DNA of 32,025 nucleotides from Perkinsus olseni (Eukaryota): NCBI GenBank assembly GCA_013115125.1, contig JABANN010000405.1, positions 1 to 32,025 of the forward strand, read 5' to 3'. Shown piece by piece: positions 1 to 11,065 of this stretch (position 1 is its first letter; each line of letters starts with the position of its first letter). The notes under the pieces were generated by a model. It saw only the letters and a program-made list of their open reading frames with translations, ran no database searches and was not told where the DNA came from. The position numbers and the translations under genes were made by a program.

Positions 1-1630
1 GGCCCATACTTGATGTCAGCAAAGAGCGATCTAGCCAGGTGATTATGATATTATCAAACATTCGACGAGAGCGAGGTCGACGCTTGATGCGCGAGCTCAA
101 CCAGTTGGCCAAACTGTCAGGCTCAGTTGGCCACGTCTACAGTTACGGCGTGAGTAGCATGCTCCGGCGTCTATTATGAACCCACAAGAACTTCCATCCT
201 GGAAACGCGTTTCCTCAGAACCTAGCGAGCGACGTGACCATCATGGCCCTGGGTATCTTCCGCCTTGTCGTTGTAGCCAATGATTGGATGGAGCGCAGCG
301 TCTCCGATCTCCTGCTGAACGATGGTAGCCTTTGGGAGGCGATTATTATGTGGTTGCAATGTTCGCGTCTTCCAGACATAAGGACGCTATGGCCTTTTCT
401 GCGCAGATTTGGATCCGCTCACAGATGCCGGCGTTCGCAGTTACGTCGATAAGTACGACAAAATGCGTGAGACGATCTATTGGATCAGGCTGGTGACCTC
501 CTGCTTTCCGAGCGTCGTAGAGCCAAGTCGCTGAGTATAGGTTCGCCGTGTCGAGATTGTCCTCTTTATGGTTATTATCTTTCGTCTGGTCAAGTTTCCG
601 GCTGGCCACCCGAAAGTCGCCGCTCTCATTCGTACCAGTGCCTCCACGCTCAACTCCGTTGTCCTTTGGTTTCCATAATACAGGCACCATATCGCTCGCC
701 CGAGATGAGCTCGTACACTTTTTCCTTCTCTTTTTCTCATTCCAAGCTGCCCTCTTAGTAGCCGCGCTGATGTGCTTCGGTGACACAGCTGAGCGCTTCT
801 CATCGCCTCTGGAGCTCATGTACCTCATGTGCCAATTATACGTCATCAGAGAGACTTACCGCCTGTAAAGGTACTTGCAGTTTCAACTGCTCACAGGAGA
901 ATGGCCGTTCGAAGACTTCGAGGAGCCGATGCTGCAACGAACGACAGCGATGAGCCTGTGGATGACAACGTACCTGCTCATCCCTCGTCTAACGGCCAGT
1001 CTCCTATTTTGGTCGCCGAACTTAACGAGTCGAATGCGCATGCCTAGGTATGGCCTTGTGGTATTCTTCACACTTATCAACTTCTTCATCGCTATCATAT
1101 CTCGCGCGTTCGGTGAAGCTCAAGGGGAGCTTGAGCACTTTCCGGTGGCGCAGCAGTTCATAACGGTGGGTGATGCATAGACGGAAGGAACCACTGATGA
1201 ATGGATTCTCAGGACGTCGCTCATCTCGTCCTCACATCGGCTACATCCTGGCTGGGCTTGAAGAGGACGTTTTCCTACGATTACGGAGGCGCGCATTACA
1301 GGCAGGAGGGTTTCGCCGCTCATCATATCGATGAACTCATAGTTACACATCGAAAGGGGCCAAGTGGCCAAGTCGCGCCCGAGTGATCAGAGCACTGGAC
1401 GGCATAGTGCAGCGGACCGAGAGTCATGCCGGATTGCAAGGAGGCGATAACATCGTCTTAGAGCAGCATCAAGATGATGAGGTGCTCCTTGTGTGGGCCT
1501 CTGGCGAGATCCGCGTGCCACTTAGGGGCATCAGCAGCTCGAGGCTGTCAATGTGAACTGGGAACGGCGGGCTCATGTTGACCTCATCCCACAGCATGAC
1601 AGACTGCATATGGAGTCGATGACTGTCAGC
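1..1630 (+). CDS. Polycystin-2/TRP-like cation channel, 3' multi-exon portion (5' end outside window; 3' limit approximate)
   Basis: Exons encode S5-like ARDELVHFFLLFFSFQAALLVAALMCFGD, pore-like FQLLTGEWPFEDF and S6-like YGLVVFFTLINFFIAIISRAFGEAQ (cf. PKD2-type LLNMFIAIINDTY), separated by short GT-AG introns, e.g. 1166-1212. Confidence 0.75.
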
Positions 1631-1700
1631 GTAAGCTTGGCACCGGTACAGTCACCGGTGTACCCGCGCAGTCGTACACTGCAGCGACGGGAGAGGTAAA

Positions 1701-2564
1701 TTGCCAATGGCTTCTCGCCCTCATCAGGCAAGAGAGATAATCAACCAGATTCGAGAGAAACGATACATCCGCGGTTTCGACGATGACGGTATGCAGGACT
1801 TGTTCATGCACTACATGAAACTCTACGGTCGCCAACCGCACCAGTTCCTCCACCGAGACTTCCAGCTGCCTGAGAGGGACCCGATATTTGACCTGCATAC
1901 GGTGGTGCAGACTTTCAGTAAGAGTATCGACACCACTCTCACCGTGGGCTTCCGTCGGACCATAGCCCTCCTGAAGGATTTGAGACAGTCCGAGCTCGAC
2001 TGCGTTTCCAAAGCGAGGGAAGTGGAACAACTACTACCGGCGATGGAGACGGCGAGATGCGCCAGCGAGCAGCTCGAGCGAAAGGTCTTCGGCCGCCCTC
2101 TGAGGGATGACGAGGATGCGGGTGAGCTACTAGCCCAGCGTAGGAGCCGCCTTCGGGAGATGACCAATCGCCTCAATGCTCATGTCATGAGCACTGAAAG
2201 TATGCTCGATCAGTATTTGCCCCCGCCGGACTGGCGTCAACGCCTTGCGGCACAGGGCAAGACGGTCTCGGGCGGAGGTAGGGGGGATGCAGTGATGCAG
2301 AAGCGACGCGCCGAGGAACAGAAGAAACGGCAGTTGGAGGCACTCATTGCATACCGAGCTCGCAAGGCCCCTCCCAAGGCGCCGTCCACGGCGATGAATC
2401 CGGACGCAGGGTGGCAAGGGGCTAGTAGTGCTGCCCAGATCGCAGGGGCGAAGTCCAGACCAGTCGTGAAGGGTGCTAAATTAAAAGCTCTTCCGTACAA
2501 GAAGGCGTCTCCCAGCGAGATACGCAGAATGCTGGAAGAGGCGAAGCGTAACCGACAACGTTGA
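1701..2564 (+). CDS. Long helical/coiled-coil ORF, probably the terminal cytoplasmic exon of the channel gene
   Basis: 287-codon ORF with GC3-rich codons directly downstream of the channel exons on the same strand. I could not resolve the splice junction joining them. Confidence 0.6.
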   Translation: MPMASRPHQAREIINQIREKRYIRGFDDDGMQDLFMHYMKLYGRQPHQFLHRDFQLPERDPIFDLHTVVQTFSKSIDTTLTVGFRRTIALLKDLRQSELDCVSKAREVEQLLPAMETARCASEQLERKVFGRPLRDDEDAGELLAQRRSRLREMTNRLNAHVMSTESMLDQYLPPPDWRQRLAAQGKTVSGGGRGDAVMQKRRAEEQKKRQLEALIAYRARKAPPKAPSTAMNPDAGWQGASSAAQIAGAKSRPVVKGAKLKALPYKKASPSEIRRMLEEAKRNRQR

Positions 2565-2803
2565 TCCTGACCCTTCTCCCTGATTCCCACTCGTCCTGAT
2601 CCCAAGTCGTTCCAGTTTCATTCTCTATAGCAGTTTCAGGGGTTGCGTTTCGTCATGAGGATGTGGGTGTAACAATGATAGTCGGTACCTTGAGTACCGT
2701 TCAGACTTTACCGAGGTGCGCACCTTCACCCAGCGTGTGAGATTTCCCTGTCATTCGTGCGGGACAAGTACGTCAACGACAACAAGCCGCTTCAGAATTA
2801 ACT

Positions 2804-3784
2804 ATGCTACCTAGTCTGCCGCTGTCACCACAATCGGTGTTCTGCCACTCCTGCGGATCTCGAAGTGAGATGCCCGAAATCATTGAGGTGAGGGCACCAC
2901 TGCCGTCGGGCTCGACGACGGGTTTCTGCAGGCACCAGTGTTAGTCATTTGCCCAGCTTGCGAATCCACTCAGACGGAGCTCTCTCCCTACCTACCAGGT
3001 ACGGGCGAGGTTAGTCGATTTCCGACTACCCTACTAATGGTCCATGTTGACAGATACGTACATTACACGACGGCCTTCCCGGGACGAGAGTGATAACACT
3101 GCGGCGTCCAGAGTATAAAGGCAGAATGAATGATGCTGTCAGACTCTCTTTTCAATCAGGGACGACTTCTCCGACGGCCTTCGCTCATCGAGAGCGAGGA
3201 GCACCAAGCCGCGGTCATTGGTTTAGTCAGATTGTGAGTGATTCCTTAAGTTAGAGAAGGACATCTCCCGTCAGATATGAACGAGGTCAAATTCCTGACG
3301 CCCGTTTCATCGAGCTCTTGGCTGAGTTTTCTCGCGAGCCTGATGGAGCTTCGCCACTTGAGAACGCCGTAGCCCAGGTGTGCTTGCGATCTCACACGCG
3401 CCTTTTGCAACTCGTCCGTGACAGCGCTCCACCTCCTCCGCTGGGATGGTCCGCTATTGGCGCTCTGACAGCCTCGGCCTCGACGATACACCAGTCTGCG
3501 AAGCTCTGATCGAACGACTTGATGAGATCAGTCGGGTTGGGTAAAGCTTGTCCAGCGTATTTGCTTGAACCATTTCGTTCCTCCCTTTAGATTCTGCACG
3601 ATTTGCTCGGAGAACATCGATGAACGCGATACCGTAAGGCCCGCGTCTTGCTCTTGTATTCAAGGGGGCTCGTCGTTTGCAGGGGATAGAGTTGACAAGC
3701 GGCTGCGGACACTACTTCCACTCATGCTGTATCAAGCACTGGTTCACAAAGAGGAACACCTGCCCAACTTGCCGACATGAGTAG
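2804..3784 (+). CDS. RING-H2 E3 ubiquitin ligase with N-terminal zinc ribbon (RNF115/RNF126-like architecture), 8 exons
   Basis: Exons 2804-2887, 2932-2998, 3054-3112, 3160-3233, 3275-3377, 3425-3540, 3591-3633 and 3683-3784 join in frame via GT-AG introns. N-terminus FCHSC...ICPACES; C-terminus CTICSE...GCGHYFHSCCIKHWFTKRNTCPTCRHE*. Confidence 0.88.
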
Positions 3785-4085
3785 AACAACCTCTGAGCTC
3801 TAACGGCACAATCATTCTCACGGTCACTTACAGGTATCCAACAGATGGTGTCGAATTTCTGAGGTCTCTCGGTGATCACGAAGAAGCGTATGAACTCGCT
3901 GTACAGGGCCTTCTGCAGCGGCAACGAGCGCTCAAAGAAGCCCTTGAAGTCTTGAGGTATGTTCACGAGATGACTACATAGTCAGCAGTGTAACGATTTT
4001 ACTCCACTCAGATACGTACATCGGGAGCTGGCCACGGCCACTCGCAGATCGTCATTGACATCGTGGAGCACCGAACTGGACTACT
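3712..4085 (-). CDS. 3' exons of a hypothetical protein gene (5' part not traced)
   Basis: Frame with GC3-rich codons ...VLHDVNDDLRVAVASSRCT|HLVNIPQDFKGFFERSLPLQKALYSEFIRFFVITERPQKFDTICWIP, with a plausible intron near 3978-4017 and a GTAAGT donor at 3831. Confidence 0.45.
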
Positions 4086-5027
4086 TCGTGGGTTGAGTCA
4101 TCTTGCGACCGGAGAGCTCGCTACCCGTTTCCGTTTTACTTAGAACCCAATCAATAACTATCAACATTCTGATCAACTAAGTGATGATGAACAGTAGGTC
4201 ACATGATGGTGTTGAACTTTTAGCCTCGTTCTCCCAGCAGGTCATCGGTATCCAACTCTAGTAGCATAGCATATCGTTCTGGGGACTCCATTTCGAACTG
4301 CGAGTCCCGCAGAGCGCGGAGTTATCCAGCCTCGCCCAGGACCATGAACGTGAGTGCCATTACGAATCGCTCCTTTGTGAGGCCTCCTTTCTAGCGCTAC
4401 GCTGTTCAACAGCGGCAAGGAGCCTTCCAGTGGGGCGTGTCTTCTCGTCCCACCTGGATCAACTCTCACTATCCACACTCTTCGTCCCCCGAGGGATCGG
4501 AACTGACACGCACCCACAGGCGAGCATGTTCGACTGGTAGGGGTCAATTTCCTGGCTTCAGTTGGCGGTCATCACTCCTCAGGTGACCGTCTGGACCGAA
4601 GCCGGGATAATATAATGCAATACACTGTAGACTCCCTGTCGCTGCAGAAGCTTCCCTCTGATGATAGCAGGGAAAAAATATAAGTTATTCAATCAACCCT
4701 TCGTCTGTTCTTTGTTAACTCTTTATCGAGCTTGAATAGAAGACACACCTGATCCGCTCTTGTGTTCTAGTATCGCCTTAGTCTCACACACTAGGGAGCA
4801 CTGCTACATGTACTATGTTAGCTTGAGCTCCGTGATCATACAGAATTCTGCGAGATCCAAGGCTATTCGAACTTTGCCTCTAGGATGCGGGCAACGGAAT
4901 GATGCTTCACATAATTCTTTCTGTGCTGGTCAGGCGTTGATAAAACCACCACACACGACGACTGGGCAACAAAACACGACCGAGGAGGAAATATAAAATA
5001 TTATTGAATCAATAACTACCGCAACCA

Positions 5028-5067
5028 ATAGTTAGTTATACGTTAGTTATAGTTATATAGTCAGTTA
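5028..5067. repeat. Degenerate AT-rich (TAGTTA)-like microsatellite
   Basis: atagttagttatacgttagttatagttatatagtcagtta. Confidence 0.6.
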
Positions 5068-5719
5068 GACGTTCGTACCAGGTTCGCCCACGCTCGTGAT
5101 GGTGATCATGATGGCGACGATCGCAGGAGCCCTCAGGTGGCCGTGAGCCGTCCCCGTGGCGTCCACGGTGCCCTCTACTTTCTGAGCGAGACCTTCGTCG
5201 AGATCTCTCCCGTCGCCGCGATCGCTCACGCTTCGAGCCTGACGATGCACGCCGCTTGACGCTCGCCTTGCCTGGGGGCTGCTGCTAAGGCTCGCTCTTG
5301 CTGGGCGCCAGTCGCAGGACAACAGCACGCTCCGTCTTACCCTCAGGCTGTGCATTGAGGGCCTCGGTCGGTGTGCCTGGCACACTGTGCCATTACTGGT
5401 GCTCAACAGGGTAGAAGGCATGATAAACGATAACTGAGGAGGTAATTCCACCGTGTTTCCATGCTCGAGTGCGTTGGGGAATGGAGTAAGGGAGCAAGTG
5501 ACCAAGGATTGGTCAACAGTCGGCTGCTCATCATCTAGTGTCACTGGCGAGGCCGCAGCAGAGCTGACTGAAGGCAGAGGAGTGGCGAGCTGCTTGTCGG
5601 GTTTGGGCGGGTAAAGGGAATAACACGTCAATTCACCCGCGGCCCTCCGGAGCCGTAAGACTTCGGCAACGAAGAGCTCCAGTCAGCATGTGGCAAAACC
5701 GGGGTGGACGCACACTGTG

Positions 5720-5741
5720 TGTCCATGATGGACAGTCCATC
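5720..5741. other. 7-8inv-7 scar, 8-mer TGTCCATC
   Basis: TGTCCAT-GATGGACA-GTCCATC, perfect. Confidence 0.9.
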
Positions 5742-6594
5742 CTCGTCCACATTGTGGAGTTTTAATTAATCTGTGCTGCGACCAGTGCTAATTCGTCGCC
5801 TGATTCGCAGTATGTTTCTGGATTATGTTGGGCTACTTCGATTAGAAGTAGATTAGAACTGAGATTAGAGATTAGTTGGGGAAGCCGCACTCTTCCTACA
5901 CTGAGTTTGGGATAGCGCAGCAGATGGCTAGACCGAATCACCAAATTGCAACCCGCGGCCCGTAAACCCGGCCCCGGAGACGATCTCGGTGGAGGCCGCA
6001 GACCGACGTCCGGTACCGTGACAGGACCGCGAGGTGTGGTGAGGTCTATAAGCCAGTACTGCGAGATGATGGCGAGTCGCGCAGCTAAACGCTGACTCGC
6101 GCATCACCTCCACCGTGGTGTGGGTGGGTGGGTTGGGAAAAAAATCACAACCACAGGCCGAGGCCCCGCTACTGAAGAGGGGAGCCGCTGGTAACATGAG
6201 CGGAAGTCGAGGAGCGACACGGCAGCCATGCTGGTCACAAACACAGGCTGGTCCCCGAACGCAACGGCATCGAACGCCGAGAATCTTTTCGCTGTGCGCG
6301 GTAAGAAACCGTCATTGCGGCACCCGCAACTAACCTTGTCTACTGCGTAAACATCATTTAGAATTGTTCGAGAATGTGGGTCCACGGATTAATAACACCG
6401 GGATATGGAACCCAACTCTGTACCGACGAGATACAAGCCTTGATCAACTAGCAGCACTAATGGTATTTCACCCGGCTCTAACACCATGGTACTTCCATGA
6501 TGATGGTAGGCCCTGGAATCATGGTTTCAAGCCAGGTGCACTCGGTCTGGTTAAGCGCATGGGATAACTGCGCGGGAGAGTGTGTTATCGCCCG

Positions 6595-6684
6595 AGGTGT
6601 TCGATTTCATCGTTTCAACAGAACCCACGAAATTTCATGAGATTTCATGAAATTTCACCGCGAAATTTTGGAGCTCGTGCCCTA
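6595..6684 (-). mobile_element. Candidate DNA-transposon end with GAAATTTC subterminal repeats
   Basis: Minus strand reads TAGGGCACGAGCTCCAAAATTTCGCGGTGAAATTTCATGAAATCTCATGAAATTTCG. It sits where the left cyclin copy is truncated and resembles 31815-31915. No partner TIR found. Confidence 0.5.
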
Positions 6685-7002
6685 CGGGCACATGCTGGCT
6701 CCAGTTGACTCTGAGACACCCCAAGTGCCTCCCACCAAGTGATGTCGGCCAGACCGGTCTCGTCAGACTGCTCGGCATCGGCCATGAACATCGCCCCGGC
6801 AACGAGTGCTCCTGGCGGTAGGAGGCAGATCATTGGAGACCGATGGGCATCAGTGAGGATAGGGCATGCTCGCCGAGCTACACTTTTAGCCACGCCATGG
6901 CTGCACGCGCCGAAAACACTTTGAACCAACGGCACTAGCATGGAGTGAGCGGAAGGGAAGAGTAACTGTCCGATCTCGAAACCGAGCTCTCGGAGGATAT
7001 GA

Positions 7003-7063
7003 CGCTCTGGCAGAGCGACGGAGGTGATGAGAGCAGAGCGGCTCTGCTCTCATCACCTCCGTC
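7003..7063. other. Long double-hairpin scar, 8-mer CGCTCTGC
   Basis: CGCTCTG-G-CAGAGCG plus a 23-bp perfect inverted repeat (7017-7039, centre G, 7041-7063). Sister site 11936-11943 has plain CGCTCTGC. Confidence 0.9.
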
Positions 7064-7260
7064 TTCGCCTGCTTGTACTCATCACCAGTCAAGTCGATTG
7101 CTTCGACCAACTCTCATGGCCTGCCATCGGGCCTGGGCTCGACCTCACGCAAGTACGAGGGTTGGAACACTTGCACCACCTTCCACATGGCCCTGGGGGT
7201 CTCCTCGTACTTGCAGCCGAGGGAGGTCGCTGCGCAAGACACGATTCTAGCGTTGATGGC

Positions 7261-7282
7261 AGTGAAGGCTTCACTGTGAAGC
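7261..7282. other. 7-8inv-7 scar, 8-mer AGTGAAGC
   Basis: AGTGAAG-GCTTCACT-GTGAAGC. Sister site 12157-12164 is AGCGAAGC. Confidence 0.9.
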
Positions 7283-7783
7283 CTTTGCGGATGTAGAAAC
7301 GTGGGATGATGACAGCGGCGGCTAGGGGCACCTTCAATGGGAGCTTGAGCAAGACTGAGGCCCGATAAGACAGGTCGACAGCATATTCCCGCATGAGGAG
7401 AGGATCGACTGGACAGGGATGCTCTGGGGTAAACGAGGGGAACCGAGGGACGGACATCAGAGGAGCTCAAGGAGCTGGACAGCTGAGAACAAGAACTCAG
7501 ACTGACGTAACTCAACGCGATCGACGGAGGACAACAGGAAGAGCTTAGCCAACTTTGCGCCAACTGAGCACTAGATTGTCACTTTGCAGGCGACTCACTG
7601 GGGTGTCTGCTCATGGGTTCATAGTATCCCTGACAAGAGCGCAACCCGACAGGCGATGTGAAGAGGTATGAAAGACTCACCTGGCTGGTATCTGACTTGC
7701 ACACCAGTGGGATGTAGTAGCGCTCAAGCTCATCCGGATCAACCTGTTGCTTCCTCGCAAGCAGACCGATCACGTCTGTGAGC

Positions 7784-7805
7784 GGCATCTCAGATGCCGC
7801 ATCTG
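7784..7805. other. 7-8inv-7 scar, 8-mer GGCATCTG
   Basis: GGCATCT-CAGATGCC-GCATCTG. Sister site 12670-12677 has the plain 8-mer. Confidence 0.9.
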
Positions 7806-8752
7806 GAAGGGCAGTGAGAGAATGTCACGCGAGCATCCTTCTTACCTGGACATCGACAAGTCGGTTCGTCTTGGTTATCTTCCGAGGGCTGTCACTCGTC
7901 TCCGAGTCCATGAGCTCAGGTGGTGCTAGCTCAGCAGAGGGATCGTCAAGTACCCGAATAATGAGGGTGTAGGCCATGGCTCATGAGAGATCTTCAGCTC
8001 ACCGTGAGTTGCTTACCCGCTGCTGTGCTACGCGAGGTCGTCCGGCCGGGGATTGTGATGATATACCACTGGTGCTGGCCCGAGCCGCAGAGCTTCGATC
8101 GACCGCTGCGCGACAGAGCTCTCCGTAGATCAGGCAGCCTCATTTAGGCTTCTCTACTGCCATGCGCGTCTGTCATCGACCAGCTCTCGCTCTCTGAGTT
8201 CGACACCTTCGAACGGGGCCCGATCAGACCTTTATGAAGCAGACTCACCTTCCGCGTCGTTATCGTCGATATAGTCACCCCAGTCCGAATAGCAGAGACA
8301 AATGCGATAACAACCAAACAGGATCCGTTTAGGGACGGACGAGAGGGAAAAAAGGATAAAAAGATGACGATAAGAAATGATGGGTGTGCTCTACTCTAGC
8401 GATGACACACCTTGGAGCGATCGTGTGTGGAGCAATGTTGATACCTAGACGGTGCATCAAGCTCTCTAGTGTTCAGGGCTCCTACCGAAGGAGGAGTCCT
8501 ACGGCACGGTAGCTGTCGAGTGCCGGCAAATCCATATCCGGTTCGATCACAGCGCGACCTGGGACGAAGCAGCAATGAATAGAAAACCCCCTCAGTGGGA
8601 CGTAGTACTGCCAGTATCGGCGGCGGCTCTGTCATCGTCCAGCCAACGGAGATGATACGAGTGCTCGAGGGGTCTGAGTGAGCAGCAAAGACCTTGGATG
8701 ATGCCCTACTCACCAACAGCTACTATTTTAGGTAGCGGCACAGTGAGAATCG

Positions 8753-8875
8753 CTACGAAATCTATAATAACATCACTCCTATGCACTCTTATAACGTCAC
8801 TATGCGCTCTATAGTGACATCACTATGCACTCTATAATCACGTCGCTATTCAATCTATGATAACACCACTATTCA
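8753..8875. repeat. Degenerate ~22-23 bp minisatellite (about 5 units)
   Basis: Units like CACTATGCACTCTATAATCACGT. The sister copy (13437-13470) has only about 1.5 units. Confidence 0.75.
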
Positions 8876-8980
8876 ATAGGAATGCCCCATATAGAGTTTG
8901 CGCAGAGCTAGGGTGGAACGGTAAAAGAGAGGCCCGATTGGTGTAGTCGTGAACAACTGAGACGAACGCTTATTACTTCA

Positions 8981-9002
8981 GTCCAAAGTTTGGACTCCAA
9001 AC
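8981..9002. other. 7-8inv-7 scar, 8-mer GTCCAAAC
   Basis: GTCCAAA-GTTTGGAC-TCCAAAC. Sister site 13576-13583 has the plain 8-mer. Confidence 0.9.
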
Positions 9003-9230
9003 TCATCCGTGTGCTCATTGAGGATGAGCGTCTCCAGCTCTTCAACTTTGGTATCAAGAGGAACACGAACCTGACGGTAGAGAAGTATGGCGGGGCCCTT
9101 CGTGAGCTTCTAGCACCTTTCAAACACGTTTAGGTTCATACGGTGGTCTGTAGACGTCTATCTTCACGGTGTCGCGGCCTCCACTCATCTGATGGAGGGA
9201 GCCCTGATGCCTCAGGGCTGGAGGGGTAGC

Positions 9231-9252
9231 ACCAGTGGCACTGGTCCAGTGC
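9231..9252. other. 7-8inv-7 scar, 8-mer ACCAGTGC
   Basis: ACCAGTG-GCACTGGT-CCAGTGC. Sister site 13816-13823 has the plain 8-mer. Confidence 0.9.
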
Positions 9253-10281
9253 ACTGGCAGTAGGGGAAATATCACCATCGAGGCCGAGCATTCCTGCGTC
9301 CATTCGGGTCGCGCCACTGCCAAGTCGCTCGATCCTGAGGATATCTCGACGACTAGCGCGGAAGAGGGAGAGCAATACTCTCATATGAGTCATATGACAT
9401 AACGAGCCTAAGAGCGGCTTTCTTGCGGCATAGCGATCGACTCCGTCCAAGTCATGAATCTCATCATCGCGGCTTTCCACCGGCTCCGGTAATCGACCGT
9501 ACAGCAAAAGAGGTTGCACAGAGCCGATCTTACGACGAAAAAGTGGTCGCTTATGGAAGAGCGTCGCTGTCTCTCCGCGAGTAACTCTTCCTTTGAAATG
9601 AACTCCCTGCCGAGACGGATTGTGGCTGCTCGTTCTTCGGCTCAGCTCGGATGAGCTCAATCTGGCCACCGATATACACACGATTCCTTTTCTGCATCCC
9701 GAGTGCCGCCATCGTCCTCACGCGCGGCCCTCTCTCGTAGGCGGGGGGGGGGGTGCCTGAGGGAAGAAAAGATGCGATTGCCAAGACCTTTGGCTGATCT
9801 GCCACACCTGGGAACTGAACTTTCCCATTCGGTCCACTAGCACGTCAGTCTCATCGTAGTACCTCAGTGGGTGCCGGGGGGAAGGGCTGAGAGACGTAGC
9901 ACTTCGCCGATGACTGTTGACGCGGTCTTCCGCGTGTGGCGATCGACGATTATAGCGGCGCTATAATGATGCGCTATCATAGCGCTGGATTTTCATACTC
10001 TTCGTTCATAATAAATATGAGGTGACTATACAGTTAGACGATCTGTTTGAGGATGGACCTCTGGAAGCTTCAGGTGCGCTCCGAGGATCGATTTTGACGA
10101 GAAAGAATCGATCCTGAGGGCCCTCCGAACGCAATAGAACTATCGAACAGTGTATTGGATGTATTATAAGTAATCCTACACATGAGCTTCTCGTAGGTGT
10201 ACATCTCTGCATCATCCACACTAAAACCTCAGCTGCTAAGGACGCTGCGTCCAAAGCCCAAAGCAGCGAATCCGTTGCCGG

Positions 10282-10324
10282 CTGGGCTTGCAAATATCAC
10301 GGACTGGCGAGCCGAAATTTCCGC
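10282..10324 (+). repeat. 43-bp imperfect direct repeat, copy A (candidate element end)
   Basis: CTGGGCTTGCAAATATCACGGACTGGCGAGCCGAAATTTCCGC aligns without gaps to 10987-11029. Confidence 0.7.
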
Positions 10325-10644
10325 CCGTGAAGTTTCAAGAAATCGTGGAGTCCACAACGTGGGCTCTCGCGAGACCCTGTCAGGATCAGTGAACCACCGG
10401 CATGAGTTCCACGAGGGCCTCTCGTCCCTGAGCATCTATATCTGTCGTTTGATATTCTTGATCACTCCCACGACCTCTCGCTCGATCGAACACGCACGGA
10501 GCCGAAGGATGTACCCCGCTCCGCACATGCATTCCCGGGCGCTGAGGGTTTCCTTGCTCGGCGCTCGTCGGAGCAGAACAAGGCACTCCACCTTATCCTG
10601 TGACCCAGACTGTGCCTCGAGGACCTCGGTCGCTTGCTCGCCGC

Positions 10645-10923
10645 CCAGCGTAACGCTGGCAGCGTTACCACATTGTGCCAGGGTGTGAAATGATCACGAC
10701 CAAGTCCTAAATTCCAAGACCCTTCATGCCCAGTTAATAACTGGCAGTTATATACAGGACTGGCCCCAACCCCGGAAGGGGAGATGAGCGACCAACTGCT
10801 GGAGCTGCACTATCGTTCTCACATTGTGAGACTCACAATGCAGCCTACAACAAAATAATAGCTTCGCCTCATTAGCACAGTCGCTACTCGCGCTGCCGTA
10901 GCGAGTGATTCACTCGGAGTGAA
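10645..10923. other. Array of four perfect 7-8inv-7 scars at 10645, 10730, 10817 and 10902
   Basis: CCAGCGT-AACGCTGG-CAGCGTT; CCAGTTA-ATAACTGG-CAGTTAT; TCTCACA-TTGTGAGA-CTCACAA; CGAGTGA-TTCACTCG-GAGTGAA. Confidence 0.9.
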
Positions 10924-10986
10924 CAAACACGCGCCCAAGGCTGGAACGTTAGTGTCCCAAGCCCCACGCAGCAAATGGGTTGACGC

Positions 10987-11029
10987 CTGGGTTCGCGAAT
11001 ATCACGCACCGGCGAGCCGAGATTTCCGC
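10987..11029 (+). repeat. 43-bp imperfect direct repeat, copy B (candidate element end)
   Basis: CTGGGTTCGCGAATATCACGCACCGGCGAGCCGAGATTTCCGC. Confidence 0.7.
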
Positions 11030-11065
11030 ATGTCAAATATAATGAAATCATCAACCCTCGCTAGC

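Larger units (their letters stand above)
6685..7457 (-). pseudogene. Cyclin-L-like pseudogene (left copy)
   Basis: Colinear with 11630-12339, but carries +14 (7261-7282) and +37 (7003-7047) palindromic insertions, a resulting premature stop, and a 3' truncation near 6685. Confidence 0.88.
6690..10230. repeat. Segmental duplication, left (decayed) copy
   Basis: Aligns by eye, colinearly and in the same orientation, with about 11630-14894, with many substitutions and indels. Confidence 0.9.
7545..10230 (-). pseudogene. Decayed copy of the multi-exon unknown gene at 12437-15020
   Basis: Same exons (e.g. MPLTDVIGLLARKQQVDPDELERYY; VRVPLDTKVEELETLILNEH) but with frameshifting indels, scars and a ~160-nt insertion. 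Confidence 0.75.

Noticed and set aside
346-846. 166-aa minus-strand ORF and similar antisense ORFs
   Set aside because: Shadow frames of opposite-strand genes in GC-rich coding DNA.
5065-5631. 188-aa minus-strand ORF as a gene or transposase
   Set aside because: Low-complexity S/P/R-rich sequence with no recognisable motif. The 4150-6600 block looks like repeat debris that I cannot classify.
10679-10691. Ac-like TIR CAGGGTGTGAAAT
   Set aside because: No matching inverted partner or subterminal repeats found, so it could be chance.
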